A DNA stretch of 64,000 bases from an uncultured Acidobacteriota bacterium (GTDB lineage: Bacteria; Acidobacteriota; Vicinamibacteria; Vicinamibacterales; 2-12-FULL-66-21), in contig CAWJYM010000006.1 of assembly GCA_963847125.1 (NCBI GenBank), positions 6,602-70,601 of the forward strand. Reading direction: 5' to 3'. The notes under the pieces were generated by a model. That model searched no databases. It was not told where the DNA came from and saw only the letters and a list, made by a program, of their open reading frames with translations. Below, piece after piece: positions 31,279-43,712 of the stretch (position 1 is the first letter of the stretch; every line of letters starts with the position of its first letter). A program made the position numbers and the translations under genes.

Positions 31279-33207
31279 ATGGGAGGATCCATCAGACCCG
31301 CGTGGAACGAGCCGGGGTTCGATGCCGACCGCCTGTTCAGGCTGGCGGCCGAGTCGCTCCCGAGCGGCGTTCTCGTCGTCGCCGCGGACGGCACGATCGT
31401 CTTCGTCAATGCCGAAGTCGAGCGATTGAGCGGCTTTACCCGTCAGGAGCTGATAGGGCAACCCGTCGAGATCCTGCTGCCGGACGCTCGGCCCGAACCC
31501 GGCCGGATGGGCGCACGTCGCGAGCTCTTCGGCCGCCGCCGTGACGGCTCCGAGTTCCCCGTCGAAATCGGCCTGAACCCGATCGAAACCCCCCACGGCA
31601 CGTTCGTGCTCGCGACGATGGTGGACATCGCCGCACGCAAACAGATCGACAGGGCGACCAGCGTGACGCTCGAGGAACAGCTCGAGTTCGAGCGGCTCGT
31701 CGCCGAGTTGACGGCAAAGTTCATCAACCTGCCTGCAGACCAGGTCGTTGACGCGATCCGCGATGCCCTCCGTCGGATTGGCGAGGGGCTCGATATCGAC
31801 CGCTGCAACTTTTACAGGATTCAGCCGGATGGCATGATGATCGATCCGATCAGCTGGGTGCGAGCGGGGTTTGAGCCTCCGCCGGCGCCCGTTGCCGCCG
31901 AAAAAGACTTTCCCTGGGCTCTCGAGACGCTCCGCGCCGGTCAGGTGGTGTGCTTCTCCAGCGTCGAGGAAATCCCCGACCCCGTAGACCGGGAGAACTA
32001 CCGCGCCAACGGGATTCGGGCTGCCCTCACCGTGCCGTTGTCGGTGGCGGGCGAGATTATCGGCGCCGTTGGCTTCAATCGGTTGCGGGAGCTACGCTCC
32101 TGGGCTCCGGAGACGGTTCATCGGCTCCGCGTGATCGCCGGCGCCTTCGGCAACGTTCTGGCGCGCCAGAAAGCGGACGAGTCGCTCGCGAAAGCGCTCG
32201 CCGAAGTGGAACGGTTGCGCGACCAGTTACACGCCGAGAACGTGTACCTCCGGAGAGAAGCCCGGGAGCGCCTGGGCACCGGCGCAATCGTCGGCAACAG
32301 CCCGGCCGTGCGCCGCGTTCTCGAGCAGGTACAACAGGTGGCGGCGACCGATTCGACGGTGCTGCTCCTCGGAGAGACGGGGACGGGCAAGGAGCTGTTT
32401 GCGACGCAGATTCACGAAGCCAGCACGCGGCGCGCGCGCACGATGGTGCGCGTGAACTGCGCGGCGATCCCCGAGACGCTCATGGAGAGCGAGCTGTTCG
32501 GGCGCGAGAAGGGAGCCTTCACCGGCGCGCTCGCACGGCAGGCGGGGCGTTTCGAGGTGGCAGACCACTCGACCATCTTTCTCGACGAGATCGGCGACCT
32601 GCCGGCCGACGTCCAGGTCAAGCTGCTGCGAGTGCTGGAGGAGCGGCAGATCGAGCGGCTCGGCAGCCCGAAGCCGATTCAGGTGGACGTCAGGATCATC
32701 GCCGCCACGCACCGGGACCTGGAGCAGCGGATCGCGGAGGGGACGTTTCGCGAGGATTTGTATTACCGGCTCAACGTCTTTCCCATTCGAGTGCCGCCGC
32801 TGCGGGAACGGGTCGAGGATATTCCGCTGCTGGTGTGGCGGTTCGTCGAGGAGTTCTCGCGCACGTTCGGCAAGCGGATCGAGGCGATCCCCCGCGAGGC
32901 GATGGCGGCGCTGCAGCAGCATGCGTGGCCGGGCAACATCCGCGAGCTGCGCAACGTCGTGGAGCGCGCGATGATCGTGGCGACCGGGCCCCGGCTGACG
33001 ATCGCCCTTCCGGCGACCAAGATGCCTCCGGGCAAGCGCAGCCTCAAGCTGGCCGATGTCGAGGAACAGCACATCCGGACCGTGCTCGAGACCACACACT
33101 GGCGCATCCGGGGGGCGGGAGGCGCGGCGGAGCGGCTCGGGCTCCGGCCCACCACGCTCGAAACGCGCATGGCCAAGCTGGGAATCAGCCGGCCGAGGGC
33201 CAGATAG
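31279..33207 (+). CDS. sigma-54-dependent activator, PAS-GAF-AAA+-HTH (bEBP-2)
   Basis: ORF 31234..33207. ATG 31279 is preferred because of the AAGGGAAG SD. Contains [16 protein letters not shown], and the [26 protein letters not shown]. Confidence 0.85.
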   Translation: MGGSIRPAWNEPGFDADRLFRLAAESLPSGVLVVAADGTIVFVNAEVERLSGFTRQELIGQPVEILLPDARPEPGRMGARRELFGRRRDGSEFPVEIGLNPIETPHGTFVLATMVDIAARKQIDRATSVTLEEQLEFERLVAELTAKFINLPADQVVDAIRDALRRIGEGLDIDRCNFYRIQPDGMMIDPISWVRAGFEPPPAPVAAEKDFPWALETLRAGQVVCFSSVEEIPDPVDRENYRANGIRAALTVPLSVAGEIIGAVGFNRLRELRSWAPETVHRLRVIAGAFGNVLARQKADESLAKALAEVERLRDQLHAENVYLRREARERLGTGAIVGNSPAVRRVLEQVQQVAATDSTVLLLGETGTGKELFATQIHEASTRRARTMVRVNCAAIPETLMESELFGREKGAFTGALARQAGRFEVADHSTIFLDEIGDLPADVQVKLLRVLEERQIERLGSPKPIQVDVRIIAATHRDLEQRIAEGTFREDLYYRLNVFPIRVPPLRERVEDIPLLVWRFVEEFSRTFGKRIEAIPREAMAALQQHAWPGNIRELRNVVERAMIVATGPRLTIALPATKMPPGKRSLKLADVEEQHIRTVLETTHWRIRGAGGAAERLGLRPTTLETRMAKLGISRPRAR

Positions 33208-33350
33208 GGCCCGCATGAGCTACCTGCCCTAAGGTCCCATAGACGCCCCTCGTTCGCTTCCCTATGCTGGCCCGGTCCTTTTTCGAGACATCTGAAGATG
33301 GAAGCGGGCCCTAGATGCGGGTGTAGACTCAGCCAACCGTCCAACCCGAT

Positions 33351-35333
<1,983 letters not shown>

Positions 35334-35337
<4 letters not shown>

Positions 35338-36113
35338 GACTGGATCTTCACCGCCGCGCTGAGCTGGAACTGGAGCCGCGTCTCGGCCGGCAGCTTCAGA
35401 TGCTCCTCGCCGCTTGCGGCCACGATGGCTCCGGTTGCGCCGCCGACGGCCGCGCCGATGGCCGCCCCTGAACCTCCGCCCGCGATACCCCCGACGATGG
35501 CGCCGAGGCCGGCGCCTCCACCGACCTTGCGCGCAGTCTTCTTCCCTTCTCCCTTGCCTGTGGTCTCGACGTAGGCGGTGGCCACCTCGTACACCATTCC
35601 ACCGAACCCAATCGAGTTCAGCTTCAACGAGATCTTGTCGCTGCCCTTCATCGTCCCCGACTGCTGCACCTGGACAGCTTGCAGGACGGCCGACGCGCCG
35701 CGCGGGATGACGGTCGAACCTTCGACCATCACCGGGTCGTCCACGATCGCCTTGAACTTCATTCCGGCCTGAGAAGCATCGACGTCGATCGCCTGCGTGA
35801 GGCGGACGTTCACCGTCGCGCCGGCCGGGACGGTCACCGTCTTTGGCGCCGGCTTTGGCGCGGTGGCCGGGCTCGCCGGCGACGCCGCCTGCGGCGGTTT
35901 CCGCGGGGTGAATTCCACCGAGACCGCCTCCGTCAGCGGGACCTCGGCCACGCGGCCGTTATCCAGAAGGACCCGAACGGCCTTGCTGTCGCCGCCGATG
36001 AACATCCCTTCCACGGTCTGTCCGGATCGCAGCCGGATCCGGTCCGCCGACAGCGACACTCCCGTCCCGAGCACGAGCATCGCGGCAATCCAGCGAGTCC
36101 TTCGAGTCGTCAT
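35334..36113 (-). CDS. secreted protein with C-terminal glycine-zipper segment
   Basis: ORF trimmed to ATG 36113 (ATGA overlap with the upstream stop). Signal [23 protein letters not shown] and C-terminal [35 protein letters not shown]. Confidence 0.5.
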
Positions 36114-36616
36114 TTCTGTGCTCTCTCGTCTTTGGCGATGGGAAGCGAGGCCGCGATCTGCAGGTCGATCAGCAGCTGGAGCTGATGCTCGACCTGCAGA
36201 AAGCGGAGGGCCGTACGCGGCGACAACGCCTTCCGGACGCGGTCGTAGCACCCGGCCCTGGCGGCCTGCCGCCGTGTCTCGAGGTCGAGCGCCCTGGTGG
36301 CGAGCTTTTCGGCGATCGCGTCGGTGAGCGTCTCGAAGGTGCTCGCATATTCCGCGATCAGGGCCACCCGCTCGTCGCCGAGCTTCGCCATCTCGGCGTC
36401 GTACTCGCGATAGATGGGCCAGAACGCCGCGTCCTCCGCCTCGGTGAAGCCCATGACCTCGGTGATGATCACGACTTTCTGCGCCACCACGTCACGGCGC
36501 ATCAGCTCCGCATAGGCGCTCAGATTGAGCGTCTTCGTGTCCTGCTCGGTAGCCTGCGGAATCTGCTCGTGTCCCGCGACACCAGTTGCCGCGAGCAGCA
36601 GGAGCGCGGCGATCAT
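36110..36616 (-). CDS. periplasmic helical protein of unknown function
   Basis: ATG 36616 gives MIAALLLLAATGVAG, followed by Ala/Glu/Leu-rich sequence. I recognise no family. Confidence 0.4.
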   Translation of the reverse strand: MIAALLLLAATGVAGHEQIPQATEQDTKTLNLSAYAELMRRDVVAQKVVIITEVMGFTEAEDAAFWPIYREYDAEMAKLGDERVALIAEYASTFETLTDAIAEKLATRALDLETRRQAARAGCYDRVRKALSPRTALRFLQVEHQLQLLIDLQIAASLPIAKDERAQK

Positions 36617-36660
36617 TCCTCGCCTCACCTTGCACCCTCCAGTCGTCTCGTCCGGTCGCA

Positions 36661-37215
36661 CTAGGTCTGTTGCTTGGGCGGATAGTTCTTGAAGATCTTC
36701 TTCATAGCGTTGTTGATGCTCTTGTCGCGCTTTTCAGGATTGGCCTGCGTATTCACTTCCTTCACGGCCATCCCGCGCCAGGCGAGCTTGTTCCCCTTGG
36801 CGTCGGCGAGGTCGACGACGAGCGTGCCGATGAGAATGTCCCGGACCTGTGTGGTCGTCGTCCCGCCGCCCCAGCCGCCGCCCCAGCCGTAGCCGTAGGC
36901 CCCGTAGCCGCCGCCGTACCCACTGCTGTACGTCGAGATGTCTTTCTGCTTGTCGAACGCGATGTGGTAGATCACGACGACGTCCGGGTTCGCGTCGTCC
37001 TTCGTCAAGCCTTTCGCGGCGAGCTGCGCATCGATGGCGGCAACGATGCGGTCGTCGATGAGCGGCTGGCCGACCTTCGTCCCATCCTTGTGCGTGTAGG
37101 TCTTGAAGGACGCGAAGTTCGCGGTCTTGTCGTAGTCGTAGCTGACCTTCTGGGCCATGGCGAGCGCCGGAGTCAGGAGAATGGCGATCGCGGCGGTCAC
37201 GAGTGTCTTCTTCAT
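36661..37215 (-). CDS. DUF4136-type lipoprotein with GY/GW-rich insert
   Basis: ATG 37215 follows GGAAG and gives MKKTLVTAAIAILLTPALAMAQKVSYDYDKTANFASFKTY.. and ..IGTLVVDLADAKGNKLAWRGMAVKEV.., the DUF4136 pattern as I remember it. Confidence 0.6.
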   Translation of the reverse strand: MKKTLVTAAIAILLTPALAMAQKVSYDYDKTANFASFKTYTHKDGTKVGQPLIDDRIVAAIDAQLAAKGLTKDDANPDVVVIYHIAFDKQKDISTYSSGYGGGYGAYGYGWGGGWGGGTTTTQVRDILIGTLVVDLADAKGNKLAWRGMAVKEVNTQANPEKRDKSINNAMKKIFKNYPPKQQT

Positions 37216-37267
37216 GCGAGCTTCCTTTCGACTGGCCGTTATTGGCGTCGGATTGAGGGAAGGAGGG

Positions 37268-37283
37268 TGCAATTGTCGAGCCG
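37268..37283 (-). promoter_or_regulatory. sigma-54 promoter candidate P7 for the DUF4136 operon
   Basis: The minus strand reads CGGCTCGACAATTGCA, with GG at 37282/81 and GC at 37270/69. The -24 half is weak, the -12 TTGCA is perfect, and the leader is 43 nt with an SD. Confidence 0.4.
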
Positions 37284-37338
37284 CGCCAGCGCCTTCACCC
37301 GCCGCGGCAGATGCTCGGACGCCCGAAGCATCACACGG

Positions 37339-37366
37339 CATTCCGGAGGAACTCCGGTCCAGCGGA
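37339..37366. promoter_or_regulatory. 28-bp conserved site D (looser copy)
   Basis: CATTCCGGAGGAACTCCGGTCCAGCGGA. A GTATAACG 8-mer at 37371 is shared with site A. The site lies between P7 (71 bp) and P6 (58 bp). Confidence 0.4.
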
Positions 37367-37408
37367 GCCCGTATAACGCGCCGCTGAATCAGAACAGGCA
37401 ATCGCGGC

Positions 37409-37424
37409 GGGCACAATCCCTGCT
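37409..37424 (+). promoter_or_regulatory. sigma-54 promoter candidate P6 for the STAS-like / large secreted protein pair
   Basis: GGGCACAATCCCTGCT, with GGCAC at 37410 and TGC at 37421. GG to GC spacing is 12 nt. Predicted +1 is about 37435 and the ATG is at 37455. Confidence 0.5.
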
Positions 37425-37454
37425 CTGTCGACGACACCCCACGCGTGGGTACCT

Positions 37455-37814
37455 ATGTCTATTACGATGGAGCACGAGCCAGGGAACGTCTATCGTCTCG
37501 AGATTCGGGGCACCTTGAGCAAGAAGGACCTCGATCGGTGTCAGGCGGCGCTGGCCGGCGAGATCGCCCGTGTCGGGCCGGTCAAGCTGTTGTTCGTGCT
37601 GGCCGGCTTCGAGGGGTGGGAGGCGCACGCCGACTGGAACGACCTGACCTTCTTCGTGAAGCAGGGGGACAGCATCGAGCGAATCGCCATCGTCGGAGCC
37701 GAACGATGGCGGAGCGAGGCATTGATGTTCGCCGGCGCGGATCTGCGGAAAGCGCCTGTGGAATTTTTTTCCGAGCAAGCGGCCGCGGCCGCTCGCGCCT
37801 GGCTATCGGCTTGA
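37455..37814 (+). CDS. SpoIIAA-like / STAS_2 (DUF3478-type) small protein
   Basis: Intact 119 aa. ..YRLEIRGTLSKKDLDRCQAAL..VKLLFVLAGFEGWEAHADWNDLTFFVKQGDSIERIAIVG.. matches the STAS_2 pattern as I remember it. Confidence 0.55.
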   Translation: MSITMEHEPGNVYRLEIRGTLSKKDLDRCQAALAGEIARVGPVKLLFVLAGFEGWEAHADWNDLTFFVKQGDSIERIAIVGAERWRSEALMFAGADLRKAPVEFFSEQAAAAARAWLSA

Positions 37815-37857
37815 TCGAGCCGGGCGACAGATCGCCCGCAGGAGAGGATCCAGCGTC

Positions 37858-40268
37858 ATGAATCAACCCAGGCACCCTCGTCGGGCCGCCGCTCTCGTTG
37901 CGGCGATCAGCCTATTGGTGCAACCGTCCGCCCCCGCGATCGCCGACGCGACGCCGCAGGCTCAGCCTGCCGCGAAGCCGGCGCCCGTCTTCCCAGACGA
38001 CAAAAACCACGACCCCGACCGCATCGAAGGCCACGCCGGCGTCGGCCGCCTCCGCGCCGGCGCCAGTCGATGGCGGCTGGCCGCGGATCTACGATCTGCC
38101 GAGCGGCGGCACGATCCTGTTGTATCAACCTCAGGTCGCCAGCTGGGAAAAGCAGGCCCACATCGTTGCCTTCAGCGCCGTCTCCTATCGCTCGACGACC
38201 GCTGACAAGCCGGCGATGGGCACGATCAAACTCGAATCGGATACGAAGGTCGCGCTCGACGAGCGGCTGGTCAGCTTCGACCCGATGAAGATTACCGAAG
38301 CCAACTTCCCAACACTGCAGAAGGAGCAGATCCGCGAGGTCACCGCGCAGATCGACAAAGCCATCCCGGACGACGACCGCGTGATCGCACTGGATCGGGT
38401 CCTGGCCAACGTGGACAAGAGCGCGATCGTCCCGAAGAACGTGGAGGGCATCAAGGCGGATCCCCCGACCATCTTCTTCAGCAAGACGCCCGCGGTCATC
38501 GTGAATCTCGACGGCGAGCCGATCTGGAGCCCCATCAAGGAGAACGACCTGAAGTTCGCGGTCAACACGAACTGGGACCTGTTTGAGCACGGCCCGACCA
38601 GCATCTTCTATCTTCGAAACAACGATGCGTGGCTCAAGGCCAGAGACGTCAAAGGGCCCTGGTCCGCCGCTGGGACGCTCCCCGACAGCTTCAAGAAGCT
38701 GCCGGCGGAAGAGAACTGGAAAGAGGTCAAGACGAATCTGCCCGGCAGGTCGATCGCGGCGTCGGCGGTGCCGAAGGTATTGGTCAGCCTCCAGCCGGCC
38801 GAGCTCATTCTCCTCACGGGCGAGCCCAACTACCTCCTGGTCCAGGGCACCGAACTTCTGTGGGTCAGCAACACCGAGAGCGACGTCTTCCGCATGGGAA
38901 AGAGCGGATCGGTCTACTACCTGGTGGCGGGCCGCTGGTTCTCGGCGCCGGACTTCACCGGACCGTGGACGTTCGCCACGCCGTCTCTTCCCGCCGACTT
39001 CAAGAAGATCCCGCTCGAGCACGCCCGGTCGCGGGTGCTGGCGTCCGTTCCCGGTACCGATCAGGCGGCGGAAGCGGTGTTGCTCGCGCAGGTGCCGCAG
39101 ACCGCGCGCGTCAAGAAGAAGGAGCTGAAGGCGCCCGACGTCGCGTTCCAGGGCGATCCGCAGTTCACGCCGATCGAAAAGACGACGGTGCAGCGCGCCG
39201 TGAACACCGACAAGGACGTCTTCAAGGTCGGCGACCTGTACTACATGTGCTATCAGGGCGTGTGGTTCGTCGGCAAGGGCGCCTCGGGGCCATGGGAAGT
39301 GGCCAGCTCGGTGCCGGAGCAGATCTACCAGATCCCGGTCAGCTCTCCAGCGCATCACGTGACCTACGTGACCGTTGAAGACGATGACGACGAGTGGGTG
39401 ACGTATGCCGCGGCGGCCGGCTACACGGGGATGATGGTCGCCTGGGGCTGCACCGTGTGGGGCTCCGGTTACTACTATCCCCCCTACATCGGGTGGGGCG
39501 GGTACTATCCTTATTACTACCCGCATTTCCCGACCTACGGGTATTCCGCCTGGTACAACCCATGGACAGGCGCATACGGACGCAGCGCCGGCGTCTACGG
39601 TCCGTACGGCGGCGCCGGCGTTGGCGCGCGCTACAACCCGCGGACGGGGACTTACGCTCGCGGCGCGGCCGCATACGGCCCGTACGGCGCGCGCGGCGTC
39701 GCGCAGGCCTACAATCCGCGCACGGGCACCTACGCGCAGACGCGTCAGGGATCGAACGTCTACGGCAGCTGGGGCTCGACGTCCGTGCAACGCGGCGACG
39801 ATTGGGCGAAGACCAATCGCTATACGAACCGGCGGACCGATACGACGACGCGAACGGTCAGGACCGACGACGGCGCCGCCGTGACCCGCCGCGGCGATTC
39901 GGGCTTCGTCGGCGCCGGCAGCGGCGGCAACGTCTACGCCGGCAAGGACGGCAACGTCTATCGGAATCAGGACGGCTCGTGGCAGAAGTACGACAACGGC
40001 GGATGGTCGAACACCGAGAAGCAGCCCAGCGGCGAGCGGCCCCGGCCGACGACGGGTCAGGAGCGGCCAAGCCACCACCGATCGCGGCAGTAACGTGGAT
40101 CGCGGCACGCAGGATCAACTCAATCGAGATTCGCGCGCGCGCAGCGAAGGCGCGCAGCGGAGCCAGGATTACAGTAACTATCGCAGCGGCAGCTCGTCGC
40201 ACCGCTCGGGCAGCTACCGCGGCGGCGGCGGCGGAGGTGGCCGAGGCGGAGGAGGGAGACGGCGCTAA
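37858..40268 (+). CDS. large secreted protein: beta-rich body, Tyr/Gly/Pro-rich YNPRTGTY repeats, S/G/R tail (frame breaks near 38000 and 40075)
   Basis: Signal peptide in ORF 37858..38205 and body in ORF 37898..40093. The third frame continues ..SNVDRGTQDQLNRDSRARSEGAQRSQDYSNYRSGSSSHRSGSYRGGGGGGGRGGGGRRR to TAA 40266..40268. Confidence 0.55.
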
Positions 40269-41129
40269 AGCTCACGCTCGCGCTGGCTGCGGCGAAAGAG
40301 CGCGATCGCACCGAGCATCAGCGGGATCTCGGTCAGAAAGTAACGTGTACGCGAAGCGCGCGAACTCGACGCGTCCGAGCAGCGTCACCGCGACCGCCAT
40401 TGCCACACCCAGATTGCGCGTGCCGAACTCGGCGGCCAGCGTGAATCGATCCCGAGGATCTTCGGTGACCGGCACCGCGGTCATCCAGCCGACAGCCGCC
40501 GAGCACACGATGAACGCGCACGCCAGCGGAACGGTGACCGACAGGCCGCTGACGAAGGTCCACGGATCGTCCAGGATGATGAGGACCAGCACCATCCCGA
40601 CACCGATGAACGCCAGCCGCTGAACCGGCGACCGGTACCGTCCCGACAGATCCGCCCACCGTCGCCGCACCCACATGCCGAGCCCGACAGGCAACGCCAG
40701 CATCAGGAGGAGCTGCACGAGGAGCAGGTTGATCGGCGGCGCGATGGCCAGTTGTCCCCCGAGCAGCGTCTCGAGCCCCTGGCCGATCAGCGGTACCGTG
40801 AAGCCGGCCAGCAGGCACGACAGACCGGTGAGCGTGACCGACAGCGCCGTGGACGCGCGCGCGAGGTAGCTGTAGGTATTCGAGATCCCGCCGATTGGAC
40901 ACGCGGCGACGAGGAGCAGGCCGGCCGTGACGTCTGGCGGGGGCCGAAAGGCCCACGTGAGGGCGACCGCGATCGGTGGCAGGAGGAGGATCGGCCCGAC
41001 GAGACCGGCCAGCACGAGCACCGGCTGACGACGCACGCGTGCGAAGTCCTCCCACGTCAGATCCAACCCGACCGCCAGGAGCAGGATGAACGTCAGCGGC
41101 GGCACCGTGACGTCGATGAGCGTCTGCAC
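40265..41129 (-). CDS. bile acid:sodium symporter (BASS/SBF-like) family transporter (frame break near 40340)
   Basis: 285-aa polytopic ORF with ..LLVAACPIGGISNTYSYLA.. and ..FGTRNLGVAMAVA... The corrected C-terminus YFLTEIPLMLGAIALFRRSQREREL ends at 40265. Confidence 0.6.
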
Positions 41130-41133
41130 CCGT

Positions 41134-43524
41134 CTACCGCTGTAGCGTCAACTGGATACCGATCTGGCGGGATTCTCCGGGACGCCCGCCGATGGCGGGC
41201 GGAGGCGTACCGAACGTCCCGGTGATGTAGTCCTCGTTCGTGAGGTTCCGCGCGTACGCGGCGAGGGACCAGTGGCGGTGTCCCGGCCCGGCTTCGGCGC
41301 TCACGTCCAGAAGCGCGTACGCACTCTGCCGCTGGATCGCGTCGTTGAAGGGCGTGAAGAACACGGTACTCTGCCACCTCGAGTCGCCGCGCAACGAAAA
41401 CCGACCTCTTCGTCCCAGCTGACCGTTCCACTCGAGCCAGAGACGTCCCGACCACTCCGGTGCGTTGTTGAGCCGACGTCCGGCGACGTCACCGGTGATG
41501 CCTTCGAGGCCCACGGCGATGTACCGATCGTAGGCGGCGTCGAGCCAGGCCAGATGTCCTCCGGCGCGCACGGCAGAGGCGAGGCGTGCCGCGCCTTCGA
41601 GCTCGACACCGCGAATCGTCGCCTCCGCCGCGTTGGAAATATCGATCACGCCGGGCCGAATCGGCGTCTGCACCTGCAGGTCCGTGTAGTCCATGTGGAA
41701 CATCGCGAGGTTGATCCGGGCGCGTCCACGCGCGAGATCGGTCTTCAGACCGCCCTCGTAGCTCCACGCCCATTCGGGATCGTACCCGCGACCCGCCTCG
41801 GGCGACGTGATGTTGAACCCGCCGCTCTTGAACCCTCGGGTCGCGGAGATATAAGCGAACGTGCTCTCCCGCAGGCGCGTGTCGAGCCCGATCTTCGGCG
41901 TCCACGCGGTGTGCGACAGCGCGTCCGTGTACTCGTAGGTCGAACCTGGAATCAGGACCACCGGCAGGTCGAGCGTATAGAGCCGCCCTCGATTGGCGAA
42001 CGTCTTCCGCTCCCGCGTGTAGCGTAGTCCGGCCGTCGCCGACAGACGCTCGGTGACGTCGAGTGTCGCCTGTCCGAATACCGCTCCTGCGCTGGCGTCG
42101 ACCGTGGGATCGAGGAGATTCTCGAGGCGGGGCCCCAGGACCTGGATCAATGTCGGTTGGTGGTCGACTTCGTCGAACAGGAACAGACCGGCGATCCACT
42201 CGACCCGGGGCCGCCGTTGAGCGACCGTCACTTCCTCCGACCACTGGTGGTGCATTTCGCGCAGGTCGACCGACGTGAGATCCAGCTCCGTGATGTCGGC
42301 GTCGTTCCGGACGCGGTAGTCCAGCTTCCGGTAAGCCGTCAGGCTCGTCAGCGTCGTCTCGGGCGCGAGCCGCACGGTGAGACGGGCGGCCCCGCCGTAC
42401 TGCAGGGTCCGACCGTCCGCGAGCGTCGACGCGCGGACCTCGTGAAGATCGGGAGGGTTGTCGATCTGGAACCCGGGCTTCACGGCCAGGACCTTCGCGT
42501 AGGTCAGCGGCACCGGATCCTGATCGGTCAGGTCCGCCGTCAGGAGCAGGCTGCTCCGCCGGTCGAACACGACGTGCAGCTTCCCGCGCGCGGCCGTGAC
42601 GTCCTCGCCGCCCAGCGGATGGTCGGGGTGATCCAGATCCCGGACAAAGCCCTGACGGATCCCGCGCAGGACGGCTCCGCTCGCCATGATCCTTCCCGGA
42701 ACGACAGGACCGCTCACGCGTGCCTCGGCCCGAAGCGTGTCGAGGCTCCCCACGACGAGCCGCCCCGAGACCTCGACATCGTCCGTGGGAGGCTTCGTGA
42801 TGACATTCAGCGCGCCGCCGACGGCGTTGCGGCCGTACAGCGTGCCCTGCGGGCCGCGGAGCACTTCGACGCGCTCGAGGTCCAGGAAATCCGCGAGCAC
42901 GGACACGGGGCGCGCGAGGTACACGCCATCGACGTAGACGGCGGAGCTCGGATCGGTCCCGGCGAAGACGACAGTGCTGCCGATTCCCCGGATAGTGAGC
43001 TGTGCGAAGTCGGAGTTCTGGGAGAACGTGACCGAAGGCGCGAGGCCGGAAAGGTGTGCCACCGTGTGAGAGTCGAGGCGCTGCAGCTCGGTCGCCGGCA
43101 GCACGCTCACCGCCATGGGGGTCGTTTGCACGTCCTGCTCGCCGGTCTTCGGCGCCGTCACGACGGCGTGTTCCAGCAGCAGGACCGAGAGCGTCAGCGT
43201 AACGGTGAGCTTTTCTCCGGGGCCGAGTCGAAGGATGCGGCGTGCCGGCGCAAACCCGGGATGCGCGGCGTGCAGCTCGTACTCGCCGACCGGAAGATTC
43301 TCGAGGTGGAAGCGTCCGTCAGGGCCGGTTTCGGTGACCCGATCGTCGGTCCCCTGCACGCTGATCGTGACAGCCGGGAGGCGGGCCCCGGTGGCGTCCT
43401 CGACGGATCCGATGATCCGAGACGAGGGTTGTGCGCTGACCGGCAGCGCGAACGACAGCGTGGCCACCAGCACAGACGCGAAGCGATAGTGTCGAGGCGC
43501 CGGCCCGAGCGGCGTCAAGAGCAT
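41134..43524 (-). CDS. TonB-dependent receptor with N-terminal carboxypeptidase-regulatory-like domain
   Basis: ORF 41134..43764 trimmed to ATG 43524 (signal MLLTPLGPAPRHYRFASVLVATLSFALPVSAQ). Contains IIGSVEDATGARLPAVTISVQG, plug motifs (VEVLRGPQGTLYGRNAVGGALNV) and a long barrel. Intact. Confidence 0.8.
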   Translation of the reverse strand: MLLTPLGPAPRHYRFASVLVATLSFALPVSAQPSSRIIGSVEDATGARLPAVTISVQGTDDRVTETGPDGRFHLENLPVGEYELHAAHPGFAPARRILRLGPGEKLTVTLTLSVLLLEHAVVTAPKTGEQDVQTTPMAVSVLPATELQRLDSHTVAHLSGLAPSVTFSQNSDFAQLTIRGIGSTVVFAGTDPSSAVYVDGVYLARPVSVLADFLDLERVEVLRGPQGTLYGRNAVGGALNVITKPPTDDVEVSGRLVVGSLDTLRAEARVSGPVVPGRIMASGAVLRGIRQGFVRDLDHPDHPLGGEDVTAARGKLHVVFDRRSSLLLTADLTDQDPVPLTYAKVLAVKPGFQIDNPPDLHEVRASTLADGRTLQYGGAARLTVRLAPETTLTSLTAYRKLDYRVRNDADITELDLTSVDLREMHHQWSEEVTVAQRRPRVEWIAGLFLFDEVDHQPTLIQVLGPRLENLLDPTVDASAGAVFGQATLDVTERLSATAGLRYTRERKTFANRGRLYTLDLPVVLIPGSTYEYTDALSHTAWTPKIGLDTRLRESTFAYISATRGFKSGGFNITSPEAGRGYDPEWAWSYEGGLKTDLARGRARINLAMFHMDYTDLQVQTPIRPGVIDISNAAEATIRGVELEGAARLASAVRAGGHLAWLDAAYDRYIAVGLEGITGDVAGRRLNNAPEWSGRLWLEWNGQLGRRGRFSLRGDSRWQSTVFFTPFNDAIQRQSAYALLDVSAEAGPGHRHWSLAAYARNLTNEDYITGTFGTPPPAIGGRPGESRQIGIQLTLQR

Positions 43525-43712
43525 GGAAGGGTGAGCTCTCCTCCAGGGCGCGTCGAACCGCAGGAACTGGCAGTAAGGAGCATATACCCGGGTCGGGGGG
43601 ACCCGGCTATAGGACCAAAGGCCGATGGAATGGTACGGCCGCCTGCGAGTGGCAAGACGTTGCGTCGGGGCGACGCTGACAGTAATGTGTCTGGGCACCA
43701 GAGGAGCTGTGA

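Noticed and set aside
43693-43708. GGGCACCAGAGGAGCT, a -24/-12-like element before the OM barrel gene at 43713.
   Set aside because: The predicted +1 (about 43719) falls downstream of the ATG. The -12 half overlaps the GGAG Shine-Dalgarno, and there is no 28-bp site nearby.
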